56,588 nt of DNA from Gammaproteobacteria bacterium (lineage in GTDB: Bacteria > Pseudomonadota > Gammaproteobacteria > JAJFKG01): positions 1 through 56,588 of the forward strand of contig JAJNDI010000018.1 of the NCBI GenBank assembly GCA_021156325.1, read 5' to 3'. The notes under the pieces are model-generated. The model made no database searches. It was not told where the DNA came from and saw nothing but the letters and a program-made list of their open reading frames with translations. Numbering within the stretch: position 1 is the stretch's first letter; each line of letters begins with the position of its first letter. A program made the position numbers and the translations under genes. Positions 30,017 through 41,052 of the stretch are shown one piece after another.

Positions 30017-32325
30017 TAAGCTACCTCCGCCGATAATCTACTGGTGGATTCAACACGATGTTCTTTACGCAAGCCAAAATAATGTAATAAAGCGATAAAG
30101 AGACCATTAAGACTTAATAACGCTGTGATCCAAAGGGTTGCTTGAAAAGGTGCTGAGAGCCAAATACTGGCTTGATAGCATAATGTCGCCAGGGTATAAG
30201 CCGCCAGAAAACTCCAGCCGGTGGCCAATAATGCCCAAGACTTTCCAATTTCACGCGCCATCGTTGCCAATGTGGATATACAGGGAATATACAGTAATAC
30301 AAACAGTAAATACGCAAAGTCTGCAGCAGCACTTCCAAAAGCATGTACCATCGTATGCGAAGCGCTTTGTGAAAATTCATGCTCAGCTTCATTCACTGTG
30401 AAAGGATTGATTCTCTCAAAAGAAAACAAATCTCGAAAACCGGATACAGTTTCGTAAATTGCCGATTTCAATGATCCTGACAAATTTAACTCAGGAATCA
30501 CATCCATGCTGTTACCATTTTGTGTGTATAAAGTGTTTAACGTTCCTACGACAACTTCTTTGGCCAGGAAGCCTGTAATAACCCCCACTGTAGCCGGCCA
30601 ATTATCTTCAGAAATTCCCATGGGATAAAATAAGGGTGTGATTTCACGGCTAAATTGTGATAATACTGATTGCGGAGATCCTTGCGGCACAATGCGGCCG
30701 TTAAATTCGATGGCATTTAAAGTTCCGATCAAAACGCACATAGGCAGAATCACTTTTCCAGCACGAAGTACAAAGCGTTTTAATTTATGCATCGTTAGCC
30801 GCCAAAGATTACCAAAAGCAGGCTTGTGATAAATGGGTAACTCCATAAAAAAAGGTTCGCTTTCGCCGCGCAAAAGCGTTTTCTTAAACAATAGACCGGT
30901 TAAAATCGCCATTATGATCCCAATGAGATATAGCAGAAAAACAACAAGTCCCCCATGATGAGGAAAAAAAGCTTGTGCAAAGACAACAAAGATAGCAAGC
31001 CGTGCGCCGCAAGACATAAAAGGTGACATTAAAGTGGTGAGGATCCGATCTCGTTGGCTGTTTAGCGTACGTGTTGCCATAATAGAAGGTACATTACAAC
31101 CAAAACCAATAATCAAGGGTACAAAAGATTTTCCAGGTAACCCAATCCATTGCATTAACCTATCCATCACAAAGGCCGCACGCGCCATGTAGCCAGAGTC
31201 TTCCAGGAAAGCTAAAAATAAGAATAAACATCCTATTTGGGGAATGAAATTCACAATAGTGTTAATTCCAAGCCCTATTCCTTGTGAAAGAACAGCGATT
31301 AACGCAAGGGGCAATTCCCATTGTTGGCCCAGATAGGCAATGCCATCAACAAACAGCGTTTTTGAGGGAATATCAAATAGCGGTTGAAAGAGACTACCTA
31401 TATTCATGGAAAACTCGAACATTAAATACATGGTGAAAAGGAAGAAAGGGATCCCCCAAAAACGATGCATAGCTACCTTATCAATTCGTTCTGTAAGAGT
31501 GCGTTTATTATGCTGCTCTTTTTCCCAGCAGTCTTTGGCAATAGATTGAATGACCTGATATCGTGCATCCGCAATTAAAGTATCACAGTCTTCACCGGTT
31601 TTTTCATAAATATCTTTTTGTATTTGTGAAACCAGCGTATTGACGAGAGGTTCATCGTAGCACTGTTTGATCAATATATCTTGTTCGACTAAGCGAAGTG
31701 CAATACTGTAAGCGTTAATTCCATCTTTTTGACGGCAGCAAGCGATGACTTCTTTAAGAGAGTACAAGGCTGTTTGTAACGCAGCAGGCAAAGCCAATTG
31801 ATAACAAGGGGCGGCTATCTGATGATTGTGCTTAACGACTGCTTCACACAAGCGATCCAGGCCTTCTTTTTTGTTCGCAATGAGAGAGACAACAGGGCAG
31901 CCAAGCCATTGGCTCAATGCAGCAATATTGATATCAATTCCCCGCTGTTTTGCGATATCTGTCATATTTAAAGCGATGATACACGGGATCCCCATTTCCA
32001 AAAGCTGCAATGTTAAATAGAGGTTACGTTTAAGGTTCGCTGCATCGACAACATTGATATAGAGCGCTGCTTCCCGATTATCGATGAAAGTACAGACCAC
32101 CCGCTCATCGAGCGCGGTATCTTGTTGAGAAACGGTTAAGGCATAAGTACCGGGCAAATCTACCACCGTGATGGCGTGATCTTGATAAACAAAAGTTCCT
32201 TCTTTTTTCTCAACCGTTACCCCTGCCCAATTACCCACGCGCTGCTGGCTGCCGGTTAAGGCGTTAAATAAGGTGGTTTTGCCGCAATTGGGGTTGCCCA
32301 CGATAGCGATGGATAAAGACTTCAT
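30016..32325 (-). CDS. feoB: Ferrous iron transporter B
   Basis: GNPNCGKTTLFNALTG, DLPGTY, GFGCNVP, PFMSCGARL. ATG at 32325 overlaps the feoA stop. Confidence 0.97.
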   Translation of the reverse strand: MKSLSIAIVGNPNCGKTTLFNALTGSQQRVGNWAGVTVEKKEGTFVYQDHAITVVDLPGTYALTVSQQDTALDERVVCTFIDNREAALYINVVDAANLKRNLYLTLQLLEMGIPCIIALNMTDIAKQRGIDINIAALSQWLGCPVVSLIANKKEGLDRLCEAVVKHNHQIAAPCYQLALPAALQTALYSLKEVIACCRQKDGINAYSIALRLVEQDILIKQCYDEPLVNTLVSQIQKDIYEKTGEDCDTLIADARYQVIQSIAKDCWEKEQHNKRTLTERIDKVAMHRFWGIPFFLFTMYLMFEFSMNIGSLFQPLFDIPSKTLFVDGIAYLGQQWELPLALIAVLSQGIGLGINTIVNFIPQIGCLFLFLAFLEDSGYMARAAFVMDRLMQWIGLPGKSFVPLIIGFGCNVPSIMATRTLNSQRDRILTTLMSPFMSCGARLAIFVVFAQAFFPHHGGLVVFLLYLIGIIMAILTGLLFKKTLLRGESEPFFMELPIYHKPAFGNLWRLTMHKLKRFVLRAGKVILPMCVLIGTLNAIEFNGRIVPQGSPQSVLSQFSREITPLFYPMGISEDNWPATVGVITGFLAKEVVVGTLNTLYTQNGNSMDVIPELNLSGSLKSAIYETVSGFRDLFSFERINPFTVNEAEHEFSQSASHTMVHAFGSAAADFAYLLFVLLYIPCISTLATMAREIGKSWALLATGWSFLAAYTLATLCYQASIWLSAPFQATLWITALLSLNGLFIALLHYFGLRKEHRVESTSRLSAEVA

Positions 32326-32564
32326 AAAACAGGCTCGCACTTAAGGTGGATTAAATCACTTTTGCGAAGGCTTAAAGCGCACTCACCGATGTGAATTTCA
32401 AGCGTATTGCCAAAAGGCGCTTTGCGAATGACTTGGAATACCGCATTGGGTAGAAAGCCCATCGATAACAAGCGGGATTTATAATGTCGATCGATGCTCT
32501 CGTGAAATCCGCGTATGCGGTACGAAGCTCCGGGGGTCAAATGGGTTGAATTCACTCTTGTCAT
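32322..32564 (-). CDS. feoA: Ferrous iron transport protein A
   Basis: RLLSMGFLP...RKAPFG...LSLRKS. Confidence 0.93.
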   Translation of the reverse strand: MTRVNSTHLTPGASYRIRGFHESIDRHYKSRLLSMGFLPNAVFQVIRKAPFGNTLEIHIGECALSLRKSDLIHLKCEPVL

Positions 32565-32606
32565 TGCATATCATCAACTACGGTTTTAGATGCTTTTAAT
32601 TTTACT

Positions 32607-32625
32607 GTAAATGAGAATGATTTGC
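32607..32625. promoter_or_regulatory. Fur box upstream of feoABC
   Basis: gtaaatgagaatgatttgc, 13/19 match to GATAATGATAATCATTATC, about 45 nt upstream of feoA. Confidence 0.75.
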
Positions 32626-32685
32626 AATTAGGGCCCTGGCGATTTGTAAATTATTCATTTCGATAGATTTTTTCAGGAAATAATA

Positions 32686-33464
<779 letters not shown>

Positions 33465-33506
33465 ATCCTAGATAACACCCATCATTTTGGAAATCGCTTC
33501 GCACTT

Positions 33507-34586
33507 TTATAAAGGTATAAGCGGCAGTAAACTATAAGGCAAATTTTCTTGTTCGGCTTCTTTTCTGCAGGATTTACTCATGCCAGGTTTAGGTGCCTGA
33601 AATAAGGTATGCGAGGCAGTCGACAAATCACGATTTATTCCATTCAGCAATTTTTCAAAATCGTCATCGGACATAGTTTGTAATGCAGCATTTTCGTTGT
33701 AATATAACAAAGCTTCCTGAAGAGGATCAAACTTTGCCTGTGTCTGATGGAGGTGTTGTTTTGCAGGGCCAACAGGAGCGAATGTAGATTGAGGAGCCAT
33801 CTGTTGTGTTAGCTGTGGAGCGGCTGTTGGTACTGGTGCAATCTTGTTCTGTTGTTGGTTAAAAATACCAAATTGTTGCAAGGATGGCGCTTGAAATCGT
33901 GCCAGCGTTTGTTCGTGAGCAAATTTATCGATATTCTCAAGTTCTTTTTCAGGGGAGATTTCTGCTAAGGCAGGCGATAAATTCTGATTTAAAATTTCAT
34001 TATAATATTCTTCATACGCTAATCCCAATGCAAATTGGTGATCCAGATCTGCTTGGTGATCTAAATCATCCGAAAGATCATATTCGAGTGAATCAACTTC
34101 CTCATTGCTAACATCATCATCGTTTTCTGGTTCTTTTTGATCTGCTTCTGAATAATCCCACTGATTTCTGTTAGGATTTAATTCAGGTTGAAGTGCGGGA
34201 AAGTAACTTGTCTCTGAGGAGGATGGCAAATAGGCAGAGTCTAGCGAATCATATCTATTGATCATCATCTCAATCTGTTGTTCAGCAATTTTTTGTATTG
34301 ATGGGTGTAAAAAAGGAGAAGGTAAATCCGTCAGTGCTTCTATTTGAGATAAAATAACGTTTTGCAGATGTTCATAATGCGCTTTGGTCGGATTGCTTGC
34401 ATAGGCCTCATGGGCTAAACGGTATTGTTCATCAAGAGACTGGAATCGAGGCGGCAGATTTTTTATTAAATCGATTTCGTTAGTAATTAAGAATACAGAT
34501 TCATCATCATTTTCAGCAATATGGGTAGAAAGCCTTTCTTCTAAAAAGCGTTTTCTCTTTTGTAGTGCTTGAATAATATCAGCCAT
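33507..34586 (-). CDS. Acidic, Gln-rich hypothetical protein; candidate Dot/Icm-type effector
   Basis: 359-aa ORFan with helical and low-complexity segments; PmrA-type box upstream. Confidence 0.7.
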   Translation of the reverse strand: MADIIQALQKRKRFLEERLSTHIAENDDESVFLITNEIDLIKNLPPRFQSLDEQYRLAHEAYASNPTKAHYEHLQNVILSQIEALTDLPSPFLHPSIQKIAEQQIEMMINRYDSLDSAYLPSSSETSYFPALQPELNPNRNQWDYSEADQKEPENDDDVSNEEVDSLEYDLSDDLDHQADLDHQFALGLAYEEYYNEILNQNLSPALAEISPEKELENIDKFAHEQTLARFQAPSLQQFGIFNQQQNKIAPVPTAAPQLTQQMAPQSTFAPVGPAKQHLHQTQAKFDPLQEALLYYNENAALQTMSDDDFEKLLNGINRDLSTASHTLFQAPKPGMSKSCRKEAEQENLPYSLLPLIPL

Positions 34587-34623
34587 TGCCTAATCCCACA
34601 CCATTATTTTAATAGATAAAAGA

Positions 34624-34656
34624 ATTTTACCACAATTCCCTTAAGAAAACCTTAAG
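34624..34656 (-). promoter_or_regulatory. PmrA-type box plus -10
   Basis: Minus strand reads cTTAAggtT-tt-cTTAAgggA-N7-TAAAAT, the spacing of the Legionella/Coxiella PmrA element. Confidence 0.7.
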
Positions 34657-34693
34657 GGGATAGTATATTGATTTTCATAAATTTTTTAAGAGA

Positions 34694-34882
34694 TTATTTG
34701 ATTTTAGCCTGCTTGAAAAGCACTCTGGCGCGTATGACAGGGTCATACATCACTTTTTCAAGCTTTTTTTCTGCACGAGGGTTAACCTTCGTGGTACGAT
34801 AATAGCCCGTAACGCGCTTTTTCCCGTTTTTGACGATTTCAGCGGTTGAAACCATTTTTACTTTGATGCTGCCAGCTGCCAT
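34694..34882 (-). CDS. rpmG: 50S ribosomal protein L33 (with internal insertion)
   Basis: KVKMVSTA...TGYYRTT...KLEKVMYDPVIRARVLFKQAKIK; follows rpmB. Confidence 0.9.
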   Translation of the reverse strand: MAAGSIKVKMVSTAEIVKNGKKRVTGYYRTTKVNPRAEKKLEKVMYDPVIRARVLFKQAKIK

Positions 34883-34895
34883 AGTCTTCTCTCAC

Positions 34896-35132
34896 CTATA
34901 CTTTTTGCCCATCAGCACGCATTTTCGCCAAGACTTGGTCGATGCCAAGCTTATCGATAATACGCATCCCGTTGCTGCTTACTACCAATTTAATAAAGCG
35001 TTTTTCGCTTTCTACCCAAAAGCGGTGTTTATGCAAATTGGGCAGGAAACGCCGGCGCGTTTTATTGTTTGCATGTGAGACATTATGACCCGTCATCGGG
35101 CTTTTGCCAGTCACTTGACAGACTCTGGACAT
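34896..35132 (-). CDS. rpmB: 50S ribosomal protein L28
   Basis: [33 protein letters not shown]; GGAG SD before ATG 35132. Confidence 0.97.
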   Translation of the reverse strand: MSRVCQVTGKSPMTGHNVSHANNKTRRRFLPNLHKHRFWVESEKRFIKLVVSSNGMRIIDKLGIDQVLAKMRADGQKV

Positions 35133-35297
35133 ATTCTTTTCTCCACACCATCGTGTTTTGATTGAGGGAGGCTTTATAACAAATCTCTGCAGCGGCTGCA
35201 AGCAGGCGCCTCCAAAACGACCTGTTTTTGAACTGTTTTACCCCGCTTACCCCAGAATGATAGAATTTGCCATCTCCACATTGTAAGGATAAACACC

Positions 35298-36731
35298 ATG
35301 CCCTATGCCCTGCCTGCCCGACTCGCTCATGAAATTTTTCGTGCCTATGATATCCGCGGCATTGTGGAAACGGAATTAACGGAAAATACGGTTTATGCCA
35401 TCGGTTTAGCATTCGGAAGTCTCCTTCGGGAAAAGGGTGAAACCCATATTCATATAGGCCGGGACGGAAGGCTTACCGGTTTGGGGTTGATGGAAGCCCT
35501 GGCAAGCGGTTTACAAACCACGGGTTGTGATGTGATTGATATAGGGCCTGTCCCAACGGCTGTGTTGTATTATGCCTGTGCTGAAGGGAAAACCAGCAAT
35601 GGGATAATTGTCACGGGCAGCCATAATCCATCGGAGTACAATGGATTAAAAATGTTAGTTGGCGGCAGAACGTTAGTAGAAGAACAAATTCGCTCTTTAT
35701 ATCAACGCATTCAGCAACGCGATTTTTATCATTCAACAACGACCGGATCTCGCACGCAGCAATCTTTTGATGAAGCTTATTTGGCACGTATTAATCGCGA
35801 TATACACATTAAAAGAAAATTAAAAGTTGTTATCGATTGCGGCAATGGGATCACAGGTGGTTTAGCGCCGGTTTTATTTAAACAATTGCTAGCGCCAGCG
35901 GGCGGTGACTTAAGTTGTTTATATGAGACCGTAGACGGCACTTTTCCCAATCATCATCCTGATCCCAGTATCCCTGACAATTTATCCGATTTGATCGAGG
36001 CTGTTAAACAACAAAAAGCCGATATAGGATTGGCTTTTGATGGAGACGGCGACAGGTTGGGTGTGGTGACCAACACTGGCGAAATCATCTGGCCTGACAG
36101 GCAAATGATGTTATTTTCAAAAGATGTGTTATCCCGTAACCCACAAGGAACCGTCATTTTCGATGTAAAATGTTCCAAACATTTAGCAAGCGTGATTGAA
36201 AGACACCATGGAAAACCGGTCATGTGGAAAACCGGACATTCTCTTATTAAAAATAAATTGGCAGAAACGAGTGCCGTCTTGGCTGGGGAAATGAGCGGAC
36301 ATATTTTCTTTAAAGAACGCTGGTATGGTTTTGATGACGGTATGTATTGCGGAGCACGCCTCTTGGAAATTCTAAGCCAGCACAAAGGCAGTGCCGACGC
36401 TTTATTTTCAGATATTCCGAATAGCGTCAATACTCCCGAATTAAAATTACCTATGTCCGAAGATAAAAAATTTGATTTTATGAAACGCCTTGCAGAAAAC
36501 GCTCACTTTCCAAAAGCAAGACTGATTACTATTGATGGATTGCGCGTTGAATTTGAGGAAGGGTGGGGATTGATAAGACCCTCCAATACAACACCTTATT
36601 TGGTGTTGCGTTTTGAAGCCGATAATGAAAAAGTGTTAGCGGAGATCATGCGGTGCTTTAGCGAACAATTGCTGCAAATTGATCCGGCCTTGATATTACC
36701 CGTAGAAATGCAATCCTCTATGAGGATGTGA
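35298..36731 (+). CDS. algC: Phosphomannomutase/phosphoglucomutase (AlgC type)
   Basis: [34 protein letters not shown]. Confidence 0.93.
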   Translation: MPYALPARLAHEIFRAYDIRGIVETELTENTVYAIGLAFGSLLREKGETHIHIGRDGRLTGLGLMEALASGLQTTGCDVIDIGPVPTAVLYYACAEGKTSNGIIVTGSHNPSEYNGLKMLVGGRTLVEEQIRSLYQRIQQRDFYHSTTTGSRTQQSFDEAYLARINRDIHIKRKLKVVIDCGNGITGGLAPVLFKQLLAPAGGDLSCLYETVDGTFPNHHPDPSIPDNLSDLIEAVKQQKADIGLAFDGDGDRLGVVTNTGEIIWPDRQMMLFSKDVLSRNPQGTVIFDVKCSKHLASVIERHHGKPVMWKTGHSLIKNKLAETSAVLAGEMSGHIFFKERWYGFDDGMYCGARLLEILSQHKGSADALFSDIPNSVNTPELKLPMSEDKKFDFMKRLAENAHFPKARLITIDGLRVEFEEGWGLIRPSNTTPYLVLRFEADNEKVLAEIMRCFSEQLLQIDPALILPVEMQSSMRM

Positions 36732-37371
36732 TGCCATATTGTTTTCGATAATCTTCGACAGCCGTTAAATAGAATTTAAGTTTAGGATCTTCTGCGATAT
36801 ATTCTATGATGTCTTCCAAAGTGACAATACTGAATACGCGGGTCTTGTAATTTTTTTCAAGCTGTTGAATAGCTGATTGCTTTTTATCATTACCGCATTC
36901 TTGTCTATCCAAAGCAACGATAACAGCCTCGCAGCGGGCTTGGGACGCTTGAATGTATTGCATCGATTCTCGTATCGCAGTTCCTGCTGTGATGACATCA
37001 TCAATGATAATGACATCGCCTTTTAACGGAGCGCCGATGAGGTTCCCGCCTTCCCCGTGATCTTTAGTTTCCTTGCGGTTAAAAGCATAGAGAATATCAA
37101 GTCCATAATGCGTATAGGCTGCAATGGCTGTGCTGGCTGCGAGGCAAATACCTTTATAAGCAGGTCCAAAAAGCAGATCACACTTGATCTTTTGTGAGTG
37201 AATAACAGCAGCATAAAACTCGCCTAAGTGCGCGAGCACTTTACCAGAACAAAAAGTGCCAATATTAAAAAAATAAGGCGCTGTTCGGCCTGATTTTAAG
37301 GTAAATTGTCCAAAAGATAAGGCGCCTTGCTTTAAGGCGAGCTGCAGAAAACGGCGTTGATAATCTTGCAT
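36718..37371 (-). CDS. pyrE: Orotate phosphoribosyltransferase
   Basis: [45 protein letters not shown]. Confidence 0.97.
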   Translation of the reverse strand: MQDYQRRFLQLALKQGALSFGQFTLKSGRTAPYFFNIGTFCSGKVLAHLGEFYAAVIHSQKIKCDLLFGPAYKGICLAASTAIAAYTHYGLDILYAFNRKETKDHGEGGNLIGAPLKGDVIIIDDVITAGTAIRESMQYIQASQARCEAVIVALDRQECGNDKKQSAIQQLEKNYKTRVFSIVTLEDIIEYIAEDPKLKFYLTAVEDYRKQYGITSS

Positions 37372-37429
37372 TGAGTATTCCAGATGATTACGTTATAGTG
37401 CCACTTCTTGCGATAAAGAGATTAAAGTA

Positions 37430-38212
37430 TTGCGTATTATCACCTGCAATGTCAATGGCATTCGTGCTGCAGCGCGCAAAGGTTTCTTCACGTGGCTTTC
37501 ACAGCAACATGCCGATGTGGTTTGCCTTCAGGAAATAAGAGCGAGTACCACTCATTTAAGTGAGCCGCTATTTCACCCCGAAGGATTCTTATGTTATTAC
37601 ATTGAAGCTCAAAAAAGCGGGTATTCCGGTGTTGGTATTTATACCCGCCATCAACCCAATCGTATTATTCAATCGCTTGATTGGCCGGTGATGGATACAG
37701 AGGCGCGCTATCTTCAAGTGGATTTTAAAAATTTGAGCGTGATCTCTTTGTATCTGCCTTCAGGCTCCAGCAGTGAAGCTCGTCAACAAGTCAAATTTGA
37801 AGTGCTCGATAAGCTTGGTGAATACTTACGCGGGTTACGCCGGCGGCAGCGGGAATTTATTCTTTGCGGTGATTGGAATATTGCCCACAAAAAAATAGAT
37901 ATTAAAAATTGGCGGGGCAATCAAAAAAGTTCAGGATTTTTACCCGAAGAACGAGCCTGGATGGATAATTTATTTGATAATATCGGTTTTGTAGATGCTT
38001 TTCGGGTGGTGAATCCAGAACCTCATCAATACACTTGGTGGTCACAGCGTCAAAAGGCGCGTCTAAGCAATGCGGGCTGGCGGATAGATTATCAGATAGT
38101 AACTCCAGGTCTTCGTGACAAGATCCAAAATGCCGCGATTTATAAAGAGGAGTGTTTTTCGGATCACGCCCCGGTTATCATTGATTATGATTTAACGATA
38201 GGCGCTGATTGA
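37430..38212 (+). CDS. xth: Exodeoxyribonuclease III family AP endonuclease (at the pyrE-divergent crc/xth position)
   Basis: NVNGIRAAARKG, YLPSG, GDWNIAH, GWRIDY, FSDHAP. Confidence 0.9.
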   Translation: MRIITCNVNGIRAAARKGFFTWLSQQHADVVCLQEIRASTTHLSEPLFHPEGFLCYYIEAQKSGYSGVGIYTRHQPNRIIQSLDWPVMDTEARYLQVDFKNLSVISLYLPSGSSSEARQQVKFEVLDKLGEYLRGLRRRQREFILCGDWNIAHKKIDIKNWRGNQKSSGFLPEERAWMDNLFDNIGFVDAFRVVNPEPHQYTWWSQRQKARLSNAGWRIDYQIVTPGLRDKIQNAAIYKEECFSDHAPVIIDYDLTIGAD

Positions 38213-38268
38213 CTACCTTGTAGAAAAGGCTAGAATGATAGTATCTTATTAGACAGAGGAAGACTTTG

Positions 38269-39837
38269 ATGAATATGCGAGCAGCCAAGGGATTAAACTG
38301 GCAAAATGGCCTTTTGGTTTTGCTATCCGTGGTTTTTGTACTCTATGTGGATTTCCTCCAAACGCTGCCCCTTTCTTTTTCACAGGAAATAGGCGCCCGT
38401 TTGGGTCTTACCCTCAATCAATTTGGCGAGTTGATCAATGCTTTTGATACCCCGCTGGTTTTCCTATTTTTATTTTTTGGCTTTATCGTCGATTTACTGG
38501 GCGCGAAAAAGGCGCTCTTGTTATCGGTCGCTTTATTGGTGTTAGGAAATTATGCTTTCACTGAAATGAGTATGCCCAATGCGCTGCTCAATGCCCGCTA
38601 TATTATGGGAATAGGCGCCTTATTTGTCAGCGTGAGTATATTGGTGTTAATGGCGCAGCGCTTGCCCAAAAATCTTTTTTGTGTGTTTGCTGGACTTTTT
38701 CTGGCATTATCTACTTTATCAAAATTTCTTAGCGTCAATTTGCAACGATCTCTGTTCGGCGGAAATTGGGATCATGCATCACTTTTTTTGAATATTGCAG
38801 GTGTTTCGTTATTTGTTTTATTTTGTTTTGTGCCAGGCAGTGTCGATAACCCAGACATTGCACCTCGTAAACGACTCAATATTGACGAGCTAGTCGCAAC
38901 CTTAAAAAATCGCAATTTGTGGTTTGCGGGTATTATCGCTGTTTGCGGATATTTGTTTGTTTATCTCTTTTTATCTTCTATAGGGCCTGCCTTTTTGACA
39001 GACATCGGGGGCTTTAGTGAAACAGAGTTAATGTATGTTTTCAATTCCGGTATTGTGAGTTTGGTAGCCGGATTGTTTTTAATTGGTGTCTTAGGTTACT
39101 TTCTACATCAGCATGGCCGTGTTATACAGTTTTTTTATAGTGTGGCCGCTTTAAGTTTTATCCTGGTTTGTTTGTTCAGCACTCACCGTGGATTTGATAT
39201 GATGTTATTGTGCTTGAGCGCATTTGGATCGGCAGCTTATGTACTAACCTATGCTATTGTTTACGAGAATGCGCCCAAAGCCTGTTTAGGTACAGCCTTT
39301 AGTCTTATTTTTATTGCGATTTATTTGGGCAGCTTGTTGGGCGATATCCTGGTTCAAGCTTCTCTACTGAACGTGAATCATGCAGCTCTCAATAATACCG
39401 TACCGTTATGGCACGATCTCGGTTGGGTTGTCGGCATTCTGATCCCTGCTTTTTTTATTATTGGCATTGTCTTCGCTCAATTTTTACGGGAGCCTCAGAC
39501 ATTGCGTCTCACGAATTCCACGTTTTTTGAACAGTTCAAAGGATTTTGGAAAGGGGCATCACTCGGCCGTACTTTTTGGTTAGGGGTAGTATTGGGCGGT
39601 TTGTTTGTTGGCAATGTGGTGTTGAGTATTGCTATTTTATTTAACGCTACCTTGATTGATATGGGCGGCTGGTCTGTGCTGGCTATCAGCCAATTATCGC
39701 GCTTTGTTTACTTGCTGTTTGCCTTTGTCTGCCTGCTTCGCTCGCACGCTTCGATAAAGCGATCACCGATTTGGAAAGTCTTCAATGCGGGAATCGTTGA
39801 TTTCAAGGCATTCTTGCCGAGATTTTTGCAGACTTAG
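38269..39837 (+). CDS. MFS transporter with a C-terminal membrane extension
   Basis: Motif-A-like GFIVDLLGAKK, about 12 TM segments, then an extra hydrophobic segment after FWKGASLGRTFWL. Confidence 0.8.
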   Translation: MNMRAAKGLNWQNGLLVLLSVVFVLYVDFLQTLPLSFSQEIGARLGLTLNQFGELINAFDTPLVFLFLFFGFIVDLLGAKKALLLSVALLVLGNYAFTEMSMPNALLNARYIMGIGALFVSVSILVLMAQRLPKNLFCVFAGLFLALSTLSKFLSVNLQRSLFGGNWDHASLFLNIAGVSLFVLFCFVPGSVDNPDIAPRKRLNIDELVATLKNRNLWFAGIIAVCGYLFVYLFLSSIGPAFLTDIGGFSETELMYVFNSGIVSLVAGLFLIGVLGYFLHQHGRVIQFFYSVAALSFILVCLFSTHRGFDMMLLCLSAFGSAAYVLTYAIVYENAPKACLGTAFSLIFIAIYLGSLLGDILVQASLLNVNHAALNNTVPLWHDLGWVVGILIPAFFIIGIVFAQFLREPQTLRLTNSTFFEQFKGFWKGASLGRTFWLGVVLGGLFVGNVVLSIAILFNATLIDMGGWSVLAISQLSRFVYLLFAFVCLLRSHASIKRSPIWKVFNAGIVDFKAFLPRFLQT

Positions 39838-39840
39838 TCT

Positions 39841-39890
39841 CTCATCCCGGAAATTCCTTAAGGCTTCGCCTAAGGAATTTCCGGGATCCA
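39841..39890. repeat. Family-A REP-like hairpin between convergent MFS gene and rph
   Basis: ctcatcccggaaattcctta...taaggaatttccgggatcca; same arms as 1877-1980. Confidence 0.85.
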
Positions 39891-39895
39891 CTGAT

Positions 39896-40618
39896 TTATA
39901 TAACAACACCTAAAATACGTTTTTGTTCGCTGCAAAGATACTCAATACCTTGAGAAGCCAGTGATAACATGGCGTTACACTGGTTTTGATCAAAAGCGCC
40001 TTTTTCGGCAGTACCTTGAATTTCAATAAACCCTCCGCTATCACTCATAATCACGTTCATATCCGTTTCAGCTTGCGAATCTTCCTGATAATCCAAATCC
40101 AAAACAGGCGTGTTATTGTAAATCCCCACTGAAATGGCCGCGATTAATTGCTTAAAAGGATCGGTATCAATCATTTTTGTACGCTGCATGTGACGAATGG
40201 CATCGACTAAAGCAATACAAGCGCCGGTGATAGAAGCGGTACGCGTGCCGCCGTCAGCTTGCAAAACATCGCAATCGATTTGAAGAGTGTTTTCTCCAAG
40301 GAGTGAAAGGTCAACGGCCTGACGGAGCGACCGGCCGATTAAACGCTGTATTTCCTGTGTGCGGCCGCTTTGTTTGCCTTTGGCCGCTTCCCGTTCGCTG
40401 CGCGTATGAGTTGCACGCGGTAACATGCCGTATTCCGCAGTCAGCCATCCCTGTTTCTGTCCTTTTAAAAAACGCGGAACGCCTTCTATCACTGAAGCAG
40501 TGCACAGTACCTGAGTGTCACCAAGACAAATTAATACAGAGCCTTCTGCATGTCGTGTATAGTGACGTGTGATATGTAGATCACGCAATTGATTAAATGA
40601 ACGATGACTTGGGCGCAT
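39896..40618 (-). CDS. rph: Ribonuclease PH
   Basis: [41 protein letters not shown]. Confidence 0.97.
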   Translation of the reverse strand: MRPSHRSFNQLRDLHITRHYTRHAEGSVLICLGDTQVLCTASVIEGVPRFLKGQKQGWLTAEYGMLPRATHTRSEREAAKGKQSGRTQEIQRLIGRSLRQAVDLSLLGENTLQIDCDVLQADGGTRTASITGACIALVDAIRHMQRTKMIDTDPFKQLIAAISVGIYNNTPVLDLDYQEDSQAETDMNVIMSDSGGFIEIQGTAEKGAFDQNQCNAMLSLASQGIEYLCSEQKRILGVVI

Positions 40619-40728
40619 AGTTTATCCTTGTAAGTGATAAGAGAGTATAACGATTACCAGACAATAAGACTACTGATTTACTTTTCGTTATAGTTGCATT
40701 ATTTAATTTTATTGTTTACACTTAAATT

Positions 40729-40796
40729 GCTAGAAGTCAGCCTCACGTTGTGAGCATGACGACGGGAAGAGCCTCCTTCGGGAGGCTTTTCTTTTT
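40729..40796 (+). ncRNA. Putative ~68-nt sRNA with its own sigma-70 promoter and intrinsic terminator
   Basis: TTGCAT(40694)-17 nt-TACACT(40717); 5' hairpin gtca..ctcac-gtt-gtgag..tgac; terminator agcctcc-ttcg-ggaggct followed by a U-run. Confidence 0.55.
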
Positions 40797-40823
40797 GGAG
40801 ACTATAATGAGTCTTGATTGGGC

Positions 40824-41018
40824 TTAAGCTTTTGCTGTATTGGTGGAACGGGTTTTTTTAGAAAATTGGCGCAATTCTTTGCGTTCTATTCGTGTAGAAG
40901 GCGGCGCTTTGAATCCGAGTTTGACTTGACCACGGCTCACATCCAATATAACCATTTGAATTTCACCCTCATCACCAAACAGCAGCCCTTCGCCGGGGGA
41001 GCGGGTTAATGTCAACAT
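40824..41018 (-). CDS. csrA: CsrA/RsmA-family RNA-binding protein (divergent paralog)
   Basis: MLTLTRSPGEGLLFGD...GQVKLGFKAP...RIERKEL; AAGGA SD before ATG 41018. Confidence 0.85.
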   Translation of the reverse strand: MLTLTRSPGEGLLFGDEGEIQMVILDVSRGQVKLGFKAPPSTRIERKELRQFSKKTRSTNTAKA

Positions 41019-41052
41019 AACAACATCCTTATATAGACTCTTCTCACGTATA

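Noticed and set aside
37430-38212. Calling this gene crc
   Set aside because: The position matches, but nuclease catalytic motifs (YLP, GDWN, DH) look intact, so an AP endonuclease is the safer call.
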